This document shows, one piece after another, positions 25,129 to 35,973 of a stretch of DNA of 64,000 nt. The stretch covers positions 4,464,001 to 4,528,000 of the forward strand of contig JBHGNT010000008.1 of the NCBI GenBank assembly GCA_043228905.1, read 5' to 3'. Within the stretch, counting starts at the first letter, position 1; each line of letters starts with the position of its first letter. The notes beneath the pieces were generated by a model, which was not told the DNA's origin, did no database searches, and saw only the letters and a program-made list of their open reading frames with translations. A program made the translations under genes and the position numbers. The DNA is from Azolla caroliniana (taxonomy: Eukaryota > Plantae > Polypodiophyta).

Positions 25129-25896
25129 TGTTGGGAGACAGGTCCCTCCGGATGGGAAGGGAGAAGAACAATGCCGACGAACAAACTTGGCTGAGGCCGA
25201 TAGGCCGAGGCCAAAACGGTATGATGAGTACCCGGCTACGGAGAGCCGGATGATACAAGCCTGGTGTGAACCGGATGAGGAGTACCCGGCTACGGAGAGC
25301 CGGATGATACAGGCCCGGTGTGAACCGGATGAGGAGTACCCGGCTACGGAGAGCCGGATGATACAGGCCCGGTGTGAACCGGATGAGGAGTACCCGGCTA
25401 CGGAGAGCCGGATGATACAGGCCCGGTGTGAACCGGAGGAAGAGACATATTCGTAAATATGTTTCTGAGAGCCCATCGAGGCTACATTTGTAAATAGCCG
25501 AAAAGTCATATTAGTATAAATATGACTTAGGGCAAACTTTTAACTGTTGTTGTTGTCATTTTTCTTGTTGGTGCAAGAAAAAGAGAGAGTGCGTAACTGT
25601 ACAGAGAGAGAGAGAGAGACGAGGTCGTTGCCTCTGTTGTAACCGCCGCCTGTGGCGAAGATTGTGAGTCCGAGGTCATTGCCTCCGTGTACTCACTGTT
25701 TTGTACATTCATACATAGTGACAGTTTGCAGCCTGTGGGCTGCCGTGGTTTTTTCCCCTAGTTTGGGGTTTTCCACATTAACCTCCTGTGTACCATTTCT
25801 CTTCTTTGTGTCGTGTTCTACTTCCCGTTTTCTGTGTATGAAAAGAATCTCGGCTGTGGCCGAGTCTTGCGCATAAGGAACGACAAGTTCCCGTCA
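25129..25896 (+). repeat. Copia 3' LTR (768 bp; four 54-bp units)
   Basis: TGTTGGGAGAC...CCCGTCA. Confidence 0.95.
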
Positions 25897-27341
25897 ATAA
25901 CATCATCACCAAAGGTCTCTCTAATTGTGTCCACATGAAAGATGGTAGACCTGGAGCCCATACTATTGATGCATACATGAGGGAAGGGGTCACTAATTAG
26001 TCAAAGAGCCATCCCTTAGTCTGTGGTTCTTGAAAGTATGCCTAGTGGCATTGTCTCTCTAAGAGTGAGAGGGGTGCATACCCTCTTGTTAGCCTATCTT
26101 TGGTTGCCTGGGTCATCGAGAATTTACCTGAGCGAGCACTAAAAGTGACTCCCAAGTATACATATGATCCCACGACCTCAACTAGTTTATGAGAGAGGAT
26201 TAGGTGACATTTACTCCTAACTCGGGATGATGTATGAAAGACAAGGACTTTAGTTTTCGTTAGATTCACTACTAGTCCTCGTTGTGTACAAAAGTAATCT
26301 AGGGCATTAAGATGCTTTTGCAGGTCGTGTTCCGACTCCGAGAGCAAGACAATGTCGTCTGCGTAGAGTAAGAGACTAACTTGCGTATCCCCAATAGCTA
26401 CTCCCTTGCCTCCCTTACGAGCAATAAAATCAGTGATTTCATCAATGTAGATCCCAAAAAGAGTCGGTGATAGGGGGCAACCCTATTTTACACCAATGGT
26501 GCTAGTGAAACAATCAGATAGGCCACCTAGGCATCTTACGCACCCAGAGACTTGCTCATATAGGGCATAAATGGCCCAGATCATGTCATTTGGTATCTCC
26601 AAGCTCTTAAGTCTATCAAAAAACCTCTCCCTAGGAACTGTGTCAAAGGCTTTATGGAAGTCCACAAAGCAACAATATAGTTTCTTCTTATGAGCCTTCG
26701 TCTGGTCAATTAAGCACCTAAGTGTGAAGATATGGTCAATAGTGGAGAAGGCTCGTCTGAAGCCAGTCTGCTCAAGTGCCCAAAGGCTTAATGTTTCCAT
26801 ATAATCATTGAGCTCCACTTCCAATACTGCACCATATAGTTTAGTGCGCGTATGACCTATCATAATGGTCCTATATGTATTTGGGTCCATTGGGTCCCCT
26901 CCTTTATGTATAGGGGCCACAGTTATGTTCATGGCCCATTGTGGTGGAAAACCCTCGGCGAGGGCGCGGTTGAAGATTAGAGTGAGAAGGGGGCTAGGCA
27001 TTCTCGAGCATATATGATGTGCTCGGCTTGCAATCTTGTGTGGTTCATGGATTTCCTATGTTGTAATTTTTTTATGACCTTTGTGACCCTAGAGGTCGTG
27101 ATAAGTGTCCCCATGGTCGAGGTGTGGATGGCATTGGAATGGGTGGTTGGTCCGGGACATGGTAGAGTCTCTCGATATATGTGTGCCAAATATTGGGATC
27201 CTCAATGGGTGTTTCTACTAAAAAATATATATCAGATACCTTCAAAATCTCCTCTAGACGGCCAGGGTGTGTCCAAAGTGCACCGTTACAGTTCCATAAA
27301 GTCATCCTAAGTTTATTATCTATCACATGGGCCACATGCCG

Positions 27342-28133
27342 TCAATTGGCGGTGCGATCATTTATTATCACGCGTCCGTCTTGATAGAAAGCACGATGCC
27401 CCTCTTTACGAGCTTGTATGACTCGTGGCATACAAGTTTTACAATGCTCAATTTGCATCTTGGTCAGGTCTTCATCGAGGTAGATAGGGTCCCCGCCCAA
27501 TCCTCGAAGAATTGGCCTCTTTTTAAAAAAGGCAATTCTAGATTCTGAGTCCTTAAACTGAAGGACTAAAGCTCTTTTCCTAGTGGTGTCACGTCCTACC
27601 CTCCAAGTTTTAGTGATTGGTAGGGTTTCGTACCCCAACATTTTCCCTAATGTTTGTGCATCTGCGTTGGGAGATGCCCCTTCCTTGAGCCCAGTAACTC
27701 GTACATTTAGGCGTCGAGCTTGACGCATTTTTTCCTCCTCAAGGGTAGTGTTTACAATGTTTTCATCCTTTAGTTCTTTTTTAATGTTGCGTTTTACTAC
27801 ATCAACCCACCCAGTTTTTGCTAATTCCATATCGCTTTTAACCTCTTCCTTATACTTTTTGATCTCGTCCTTAATATCCTCTAGGGAAGATATTTCACCA
27901 TCTTCCCTAGATGTCTCAAGGTCCTTAATTTGTTTTTGAAGGTTCTCATTGGCTACTTTAAGTTTCGCTACTTCAGCAACAAGCAATTCTCTTTCTTCCT
28001 TATCTTTTTGTTTTTCGGTTTCAATCTCTTTCGCCCATTTTTCTATTTTAACTAATCGATTAAGGACATCTAAAAATTCTTCCTTACTTATAATTTCTTC
28101 GTGTGTTTCCTTATGGTTTCGTTTAGAAGTCAT
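27342..28133 (-). CDS. LINE ORF1 protein (coiled coil + L1-ORF1-type RRM/CTD), intact frame
   Basis: N-terminal heptad-rich K/E region, then RRLNVRVTGLKE, RVGR...LVLQF, IYLDEDLT. First ATG at 28133. Confidence 0.8.
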   Translation of the reverse strand: MTSKRNHKETHEEIISKEEFLDVLNRLVKIEKWAKEIETEKQKDKEERELLVAEVAKLKVANENLQKQIKDLETSREDGEISSLEDIKDEIKKYKEEVKSDMELAKTGWVDVVKRNIKKELKDENIVNTTLEEEKMRQARRLNVRVTGLKEGASPNADAQTLGKMLGYETLPITKTWRVGRDTTRKRALVLQFKDSESRIAFFKKRPILRGLGGDPIYLDEDLTKMQIEHCKTCMPRVIQARKEGHRAFYQDGRVIINDRTAN

Positions 28134-28269
28134 GTTGTAATTCAAAAGACAGAAGAAAGAAAAGACAAAAAGGACAGAAAAACTTAGCCGAGCATCGATG
28201 CCTTGCGCGCTAGGTACGAGTGTAGAAGCACATGTGTGCTCTCTCGTTTACTCAACCGATGACATCGTC

Positions 28270-28690
28270 AGAAGCGTAGGTAATAGTGGCGACCGACAAC
28301 AACGACAGTGGCAACGACTGACTACACACGACAACAATGACAACGGCGACGGCCAAGAACCAACAACAGTAAACGAAGACTACGGCGACGGTGGTAGACG
28401 GCGACGGCAACAAACGTTCGACGACAACGACGACGGTGACAGCGATAGCGACAGCGGCGACAGCGACAGCAGATGGCGGCAATAGCAGCAGCGACAGTGG
28501 TAGCAGACGGCGGCGATAGCAGTAGTGACAGTGGTAGCAGACGGCGGTGACAACAAGCGACGGCAATGGCAACGGTAGAGAGACCCGTTACACGCAACGG
28601 CAACGGTTACAACGACAAGAGAGAGAGAGAGAGAGAGAGTTGTGTGTGTGAGTGAGTGTGTGTGTGCGTGCGTGCGTGTGTGTGTGTGTG
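28270..28690. repeat. Cryptic trinucleotide low-complexity block followed by (GA)n and (GT)n microsatellites
   Basis: Mixture of GAC/GGC/AAC/AGC triplets to about 28618, (GA)10 at 28619-28639, (TG)n to 28690. Confidence 0.85.
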
Positions 28691-30322
28691 TCATTTCTTC
28701 ATTGCTCCTTGTAATCATCTGATTTATTACGATATGTTATGAAACAAGGCTTTGTTCTTAGCTAGCTATGTGTGAGGCATGGTATGCATGAAGCAAAGGT
28801 TCATTCATAGTATGCCTCCTAGATGACCTCCATTTGCATGGAGCCTTCACAAATAGCTTGAATGTGTACTTGTTTAAGCCTCGTTAGCTCATATGCTTCA
28901 TTCTAAGATGCCTCATTTGTAGAAGCATCACACAAACCCTTTTTGTTGTTGACGTTGAGCATAGGTTTCATGCACACATTCACAATTTCCATGATTTCAT
29001 TGCACACTTTGTAAGTAATGATGGCTTTGTAGTTGAGCTCCTATAAGAGTCTAGATTTGCTATCGTGAGCTAACTACTTAAATTTTTGGGTCATATGCAC
29101 ACGCTCATGGAATGTTTGCAGGGAGAAGTGCAAGATTTCTCATCAAGCGTGATTACAAATAGTTTAGTTATTTTAAAAAAGGAATTAGGACCCATGCTAA
29201 GTGTCAAGCAATGGTTTATATATTGGTGGAGCAATTACATGAAGCGATCAAAGAAGTAATTGTAGAAAGGAAAATTAAAGAAGCATGCTATTATAAAATG
29301 TGTATTTACAATCAACCTACATTTAGCATGATTTGAGGGAAAGAAACAAAGAAAAAATAAAGTTGGAGAAATCCCCAAGGGGACATAGCAAGTCGACCAT
29401 AGGCCTTGGTGCCTTGTTCATCGTGGGCCTATTCTATCTCCACTTGATCCTCCAAGCTTGATGGAGGGTGTAAATTATAACCATTTATTCACTTTATAGT
29501 ACAACTCGTTTGAGCTTGAAGGGACAAGATGAGATAACTCCTCAATCACACATTCCTTGGGCCACGTGTAATTCCAACATTGTCTTAATGAATAAAAGAT
29601 CCTTTGCATTGAATGAAGTGAATACCTTAGATATCCCAATCACTCTCAATTCTCAGATATGTGGACTTCTTAAATAGTCTAACATCTATATGTACTTGCA
29701 TAGTAATTCTATATAAACCAAGCCCCCCAAGTGTTTATTATATATAGATCATTAAATTTTGATTATGATTTTCTTATCATTGTAATCTTACTCCATTATA
29801 TCACTATGATTACTAGTTTACTACTGTAGGGCTATATGGTAAGGTAAACCTATTAAACCTATTTCAGGACAAAGTGACATAAAGGCAACTCCCTTCCGAA
29901 GAGACGGTGCCTAGAGAACTTGGTTGCGATAATTGCAAAATTAATCTTCCTTTCAACCTATATAATTGTTGTGGTATTGTAAAGAGACAACCATATAGTA
30001 ATTCATCTCACACCACAACTACACCACATCACCAAATCCCTCATTATACGATTGGGGTGGGTAAAGTTATAGATTCTTATATGAGAACCCATTGAAAGGT
30101 CGGCAGAGTTTTCCTTGTTAACATAATGCCCAAAGTTGTGAGGTAGCAACCAAAATGTAGGTTAATCTATGTCTAGTGTCCTCTTGAATACTTATTTTGA
30201 AAAAATATGTCCCATCTAAAATGAGTCATCATTTTAAGGCCTTTCAAACACTTTCAAACAGAATGGAAGATGATATTGATGTCCTACATCCACAATTGGA
30301 CACCACCATCATATGCATGAAG

Positions 30323-30324
<2 letters not shown>

Positions 30325-30379
<55 letters not shown>

Positions 30380-30485
30380 GTAACCAATTCATACATATAC
30401 TTCCTCATTGTGCATGGTACATACCATTTTCGACACAACATTGTTCATGCATATACTTACTCAATGTGCATGGGTACATAATAAT

Positions 30486-30530
<45 letters not shown>
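30325..30530. repeat. Two (CT)n microsatellites
   Basis: About 30325-30377 and 30488-30530. Confidence 0.95.
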
Positions 30531-30532
<2 letters not shown>

Positions 30533-31730
30533 ATACATATTGATATCATACATAATTTTCCCCTCGTAATTCCACACTTGTTTTCTTGTGGTGCGGATCA
30601 TTTTTGCCTTTCTTTAATGTCACATTTCTCCTTTTTAATATGTTAATATTTCATTTCTCACACTCTGGCTAGTCTACTTATTAGTCCTTTTGGTCTTGCA
30701 ATGGTGTTAATATATCACCTCATAATTTCTCTCTCTTCCACATTGATTGCATCTTAATGTTTGGGATAGTAGGGACTAGATTATGTTTCAACATGTTTAT
30801 TCATATAAGTCTTAAACTTGCCTAGCATACCATATTGTACAGCTTAAGAAACTTGTACAGTACATATAAATCGATAAAATTACTTTCCATAGACATTGTT
30901 TAACCTTTGAATGCAATATGGTTTAACTCAAAGGGTGTGAATGCACAACACTAATTTACAAATGTAAATTGTTGCAACGTTTGGTTGTTTTCATTATGTG
31001 ATTATTTGTGCGCATTGGGCCTTTAGGAACAAGAGAGTCATTTTGTTACGTTTTTTTAATCCATCATGGATGTCATATTTTCATTATGCGAAAGATATTT
31101 TTGTAACAATATGCTTATTCATGACAAAGTTATACCTGAGTACCTCATTTCAAGATATTGTATACAATCTATATGCAATGCTTCCTTTTGATGGCATTTT
31201 TACATGAATCACACATTAGGGGTTAATACAGATCTCACATTAAATAAGTTACTACTTTTATACAGAGCCATCATACATGTGAAGGTGAATATGTACTTAC
31301 AAAGTTTGTTTTCTCTTTTTTTGAGATAATACATAAGCTACAGTTAATCTAACCATGAGGACAAAGATCAATACTTACAAAGTGTACTATGTTCTCAATT
31401 TTCAAGATAATCTATATTGTGATTAATGTGACCATGAGCGTGAGTTATCCAATAACTTTAAATCACTTGATAGAAACTCATATCATGACAAGGAGTATAG
31501 AGCACCTAGTCTTGGAAAAGATAATATTGACAAAAGAAAATGCATTCTCAATTATATAATACCCATTAAATCCGAAAAAGAATAATTAACTTACATGAAA
31601 AGTCTTAATGCTTTCCGACAGTATTACACTTGCATTGCATGTGAAAACATGCGCAAGAATCGTCTCACCTCTTATGAATCGTACGAAAAGGAAGAATGTG
31701 ACCATTAGATTAAATGGGGCCATGTGATAT

Positions 31731-31758
31731 GGGGGGGGGGGGGGGTGGGGGGGGGGGG
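31731..31758 (+). repeat. Poly-G tract (potential G-quadruplex)
   Basis: G15-T-G12. Confidence 0.85.
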
Positions 31759-32364
31759 CGCAAGAAGAAGATGGTGATGATCAAAAGACTTCCTTTGATG
31801 GTGGGATTCCGAAAAAGTTCTTAGGAAAAGTAATACTGCTAGGCCTACTTCCATTATGTATGGGGATTAATACATGTCAAAACAAGGTATACTCTCGATT
31901 ATATGTGGGGACACATGACAAAACAAAGTGAAATTGGGAAGCGAATCTAGTGGGCCCGGGGATAGGCCACGAGCATATGAATTCATTGGTTAGTGCGTGT
32001 AATAATGATCAATCAGTCAATCTCATACAAATACCCTGTGTATACATCACACATCACATATACCCAAACTTACTCATATGTATAATTCGTATTGACATGG
32101 ATATAGTGTTCATAGACATAAATCCTTCATGAATACATGGCTGGCCTCATCAAAGCTCATATGTGCCCTCTATGTCTTTAAATCAATCTTCATGATGCAT
32201 AATATCTGCTAAGCATTGCCCAATCGTCATAGTGGTAGTTAATTGTTGGCAGAAGCTCGAGTCCTAGCTCAAAACAACATTTAATACTTTGAAGATACAT
32301 GTTATCGTGTCTTTCCACAACGTGGTTACATATTTTATCTACATAAAATGCCCTTGTTGAAAAT

Positions 32365-32700
32365 ACATCTACATCATGTAATGTCCTAGTAAATATATAT
32401 CTAGATCATGTAATGTCCTAGTAAATATATATCTAGATCATGTAATGTCCTAGTAAATATACATCTAGACTAACACATACAATAATAACACATGTAAACA
32501 TCACGCATAGGCAGAGGCACGTACGTAGATATACATGTATTACCATTGTCCTAGTAAATATATATCTAGATCATGTAATGTCCTAGTAAATATACATCTA
32601 GACTAACACATACAATAACACATGTAAACAGGACGCATAAGCAGAGGTGGTGCGTATGTAGATATACATGTATTACCATTGTCGATATATACATCTAGAG
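32365..32700 (+). repeat. 32-bp minisatellite with a higher-order ~133-bp duplication upstream of the LRR-RLK
   Basis: Unit ATCATGTAATGTCCTAGTAAATATATATCTAG about 5 times; block ...GACTAACACATACAATAA...TATTACCATTGTC twice. Confidence 0.85.
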
Positions 32701-33195
32701 CAAGCAATGCCCTTGTTGATGTATATCTGAGTGTCTAAAGCTACATATTTAGAGACACGGACTCATGTAATAGGGCATAGGCGCCAGAATTGGCACCAAC
32801 ATTGGCACCAGCACGCACGCACACACATGAGCACCGGCACCAACACGCACACATGATTGCATATGAGGATATGGTAAGACATGTGTTTATATGGATTTCC
32901 ACTTACCTTTATAATATAGATGAATTTTCTTCAAGAGTTGAATACAAAGTTCAAACCCACACTTTATGTAGGTAGTGCACATTGCAACTAAAGTTGACAA
33001 GTAAAAAAGTCCCTTATAAAAAATCACACACAAACATCTCTAAATCTCTTGTGTGTCTCTTTCTCATCTTAATAGGATGTAATTAGATTGCCCTAATCAA
33101 GTTTTACTTAATCATGCATCATTTTCCTAATCACAAGCTTCACCCTTGATCATTTTCTTAATCATCAACTTAATCCTAGAATCATTTTCACCACC

Positions 33196-35973
33196 ATGCA
33201 TGAGTTATTGGGCTTCACTCTCATGATCCTCACGATGATGATGAAAAGAATTAAGCCTAGTTTTGATCATCGATATGCCCTACTCCTAATCCTCATGATT
33301 AGCCTCACTAATCACATCTCTAATGATGTCTGTTATGCCATTAGTGCTAACCATGTGGAGCAAAGTGTAGATTGCTCTCCCTTTCAAGCCCTCCTCCATT
33401 CAAATTCTAACATAAACCTCACCACCAATTGTAACTGCACTTACAAGAAGAACCCTAATCAGGATCACCAACCAAACACTCTACACCATCTCAACATAAC
33501 CACATCTAATTCTAGCTACAATGTGAAGTGTAGTAGCAGGAGGATTAGTGGTAGACTTGGTTATGGAGTTTATATAAAAGAGCTCCATATGAATAACAAG
33601 AATTTGAGTGGCAACCTAACATGGATGATCACCAGCAGCAATTTCATGAATGATTTGGTTTACATTGATCTCTCTCAGAACAAATTCGTTGGCCAAATCC
33701 CTGCCCAGATGTGGAGCAGCATGCAAAGCCTCACATATCTCAATCTTTCATCAAATAGATTGCAAGGTACCATTGAACCTTATGATGATGATGATGATGA
33801 TAAGGTTTCCCAAAATAGTAATCTTACTAATTCTAGTAGTAGTGGGAGGCAATCTTCTTCTAATTCTAGCTATAACTATAACAGGCTTGAATCTCTAGAC
33901 CTTTCTAGCAATAACTTGAGTGGGCCATTCCATATGAGGGATGATGAAGCTGTTCAGATGCATTTGAAAGAGCTGAATGTGTCCCACAATGGGCTTCAAC
34001 TGATGAATCTGAACCAGTCCCTTGTGATTAGATTCAATGGCCTCTCTTCTTTCTTGCCAAATCTCAATTGCACAGGCTGGTGTGGTGCCAATGACACCAT
34101 TACACCATCGCCATCGCCATCTCCTGCTCCTCAGAATCACCATAACCCCAAGCTAGAAGGGCTTGGCATGGCCCCAAGCAGTCCCCATTATAGCCACTAC
34201 TATCCCGCCGCACCAAGGAAGCCCCGATTCGACCACTTCATACTTCTCCATCGCTCTGGCGCCATGATCTTGGGCATCATCGGAGCCGTCTCCGTGCTCG
34301 TGCTCATAGCCATAGCCATTCTCCTTCTTCATCTCCTTCTCCTTCGCAGGAAACACCGATCGAGCAGGCCGACATTCGCCAGTGTTTCTTCGGCCAAGAA
34401 GAAGAAGAAGAAGAAGAAGAAGACAACAATGGCGGCATCGTCGATGCCATCGTCGACACTTATTCCCTTCTATTATAATGTATCGAGGAATCTAGGGAAT
34501 CTCGGAGGATCTTCTTTTGATGGAGGATCGACCGCCACGATGATGTGGATGCCCGAACCGAATGTGGCCGCCGCGAAGAAGGATCCGGCGGCATCTCTTC
34601 CGGATGTGGTCATGTCCAAGGATCCGGCATCCATTCCGGTCGTAATCTTCCGGAAGCCCCTCCTAGATCTCTCGCTCGCCGATCTCCTCCAAGCAACCGA
34701 ATCGTTCGGCCAAGAGTACGAGATCGATTCGATCCGGATCTCGGGCCCCGGATCAGATTGCCGGTGGTGGTGCGCCGCCACGTACAAATGCCTTCTTCCC
34801 GGAGTTTCGGAAGATGGATCCGCGGAACTGGCGATCGAGGTCCTGGTGAATCGAGGATTCATGAAGACATCGGCATCGGCATCGCAGGCAGCTTCTTCGG
34901 ATCGGGAGGAGGACGAAGAGGAGGAGGAGGAGACTGTTGTCAAACTCCTTACTGCCATGGCTGAGGTGAGGCATGAGAATTTGGTGCCATTGCTTGGGTA
35001 CTGCTTAGTTGGGGGAGACATCAAGCTCTTGATATATAGGTATATAGATGGGGGGAGGAGCTTGGAAGATCTCCTAGAAGAAGAAGTAGAGGAAGAGGAA
35101 CCCGGCGAAGAAGAAGAAGAAGAAGGTGGAGGCGAAGGCGGAGGCGGGATCCTTGACATGTTGATGATTGAATCGAAGAAGAAGGCGAATGGAGTTTATG
35201 ATGATTCGAATCTCGACGATTGGAGCACCATGGACACATGGAGGCCACAAGATCTAATTCATAATGATGACATGAGGAGGAGGAGGAGGAGGAGGAAGAT
35301 AAGCCAGCTTGGGTGGGATGAGAGGGTGAAGATAGCTCTCGGAGTGGCACGGGCTGCGGCGTATTTGCACGCGAGGCGGGACACGCATGGCACGTTGAGC
35401 TCGAGGTGCGTGATCATCGTAATGCGGGAACCTCCACCCGCCTGTGCCGATGCAATGGCCGGGTGTGAAACGGAAGCCGTGCCCAAACAAACATTGGTGG
35501 TCAATGTCCAGGTGGCTGGCTACGGTGGCCGAGGTATTGGTGGCGGGCCCGACACTTCAGCTAGGAAGAGCTCCCGATCGGCTTACGTGGCACCCGAGTG
35601 CCGGGGACGCGGCGGGTCCGACCCCGGCCCCCAATCCCGTGGGCACGAGACCCACGGTACCGCCACGTGTACCGACAAGTGTGATGTGTATAGCATTGGG
35701 GTAATCATGATGGAGCTTGTGTCTGGGACCCCATCATTGGGTGGGACATACCCACAACCTTTCACTAGCCTTGTGGGATGGGTACACCATGTGATGAAAG
35801 ACAAAAGCCTTCATGTGTGCCCTATTGATGCCTCCCTCCCAACCTCTTGTCATGGGTATGCCCTTCACCTTTTGCACATGGCCTACCTTTGCACTGCCCA
35901 ATCCCCCACGAAGCGTCCGTCCGTCCACCAGCTCGTGGGCCTCCTCAAAGACCTTGAACATGCCAACTTATAA
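33196..35973 (+). CDS. Leucine-rich-repeat receptor-like kinase, probable pseudokinase (resembles the At2g24230/At5g58150 LRR-VII type)
   Basis: 925-aa single ORF with hydrophobic N-terminus, plant LRRs (LVYIDLSQNKFVGQIP, LTYLNLSSNRLQG, LESLDLSSNNLSG), TM segment, IPVVIFRKPLLDLSLADLL, HENLVPLLGYC, YVAPE, DVYSIGVIMMELVSG, CTAQSPTKRPS. Confidence 0.9.
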   Translation: MHELLGFTLMILTMMMKRIKPSFDHRYALLLILMISLTNHISNDVCYAISANHVEQSVDCSPFQALLHSNSNINLTTNCNCTYKKNPNQDHQPNTLHHLNITTSNSSYNVKCSSRRISGRLGYGVYIKELHMNNKNLSGNLTWMITSSNFMNDLVYIDLSQNKFVGQIPAQMWSSMQSLTYLNLSSNRLQGTIEPYDDDDDDKVSQNSNLTNSSSSGRQSSSNSSYNYNRLESLDLSSNNLSGPFHMRDDEAVQMHLKELNVSHNGLQLMNLNQSLVIRFNGLSSFLPNLNCTGWCGANDTITPSPSPSPAPQNHHNPKLEGLGMAPSSPHYSHYYPAAPRKPRFDHFILLHRSGAMILGIIGAVSVLVLIAIAILLLHLLLLRRKHRSSRPTFASVSSAKKKKKKKKKTTMAASSMPSSTLIPFYYNVSRNLGNLGGSSFDGGSTATMMWMPEPNVAAAKKDPAASLPDVVMSKDPASIPVVIFRKPLLDLSLADLLQATESFGQEYEIDSIRISGPGSDCRWWCAATYKCLLPGVSEDGSAELAIEVLVNRGFMKTSASASQAASSDREEDEEEEEETVVKLLTAMAEVRHENLVPLLGYCLVGGDIKLLIYRYIDGGRSLEDLLEEEVEEEEPGEEEEEEGGGEGGGGILDMLMIESKKKANGVYDDSNLDDWSTMDTWRPQDLIHNDDMRRRRRRRKISQLGWDERVKIALGVARAAAYLHARRDTHGTLSSRCVIIVMREPPPACADAMAGCETEAVPKQTLVVNVQVAGYGGRGIGGGPDTSARKSSRSAYVAPECRGRGGSDPGPQSRGHETHGTATCTDKCDVYSIGVIMMELVSGTPSLGGTYPQPFTSLVGWVHHVMKDKSLHVCPIDASLPTSCHGYALHLLHMAYLCTAQSPTKRPSVHQLVGLLKDLEHANL

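Larger units (their letters stand above)
20383..25896 (+). mobile_element. Structurally complete Ty1/Copia LTR retrotransposon, TSD ATAAC
   Basis: LTRs at 20383-21026 and 25129-25896. TSD ATAAC at 20378-20382 and 25897-25901. PBS, gag-pol and PPT all present. Confidence 0.97.
19548..27305 (-). pseudogene. LINE ORF2: endonuclease largely deleted, RT, C-terminal zinc finger; split by Copia
   Basis: MTLWNCNG..DIYFLVET; PIHKGGDPMDPNTYRTIMI; QTGFRRAFSTIDHIFTL; FVDFHKAFDTV; GVK*GCPLSP; LLYADD; YVYLGVTF; LRISSHQLEIENG...RLCRLCHIEIDDEYHFTCKC. Confidence 0.88.
19053..28618 (-). mobile_element. RTEX/RTE-like LINE (ORF1 + ORF2) with (CTTT)n/(CT)n tail, interrupted by a Copia
   Basis: ORF1 at 27342-28133; ORF2 APE start, RT and C-terminal CX2C...H...C motif; tail at 19053-19073. 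Inclusion of the low-complexity 28270-28618 block as the 5' end is inferred. Confidence 0.82.

Noticed and set aside
24910-25509. ORFs with 18-aa repeats in the Copia LTR
   Set aside because: Translation of the 54-bp U3 tandem repeat on both strands; no evidence of coding function.
28255-28275. CTGACGA on the minus strand as a hammerhead core
   Set aside because: No stem II followed by GAAA.
28198-28718. ORFs rich in D/R/C/V
   Set aside because: Low-complexity triplet sequence open in several frames.
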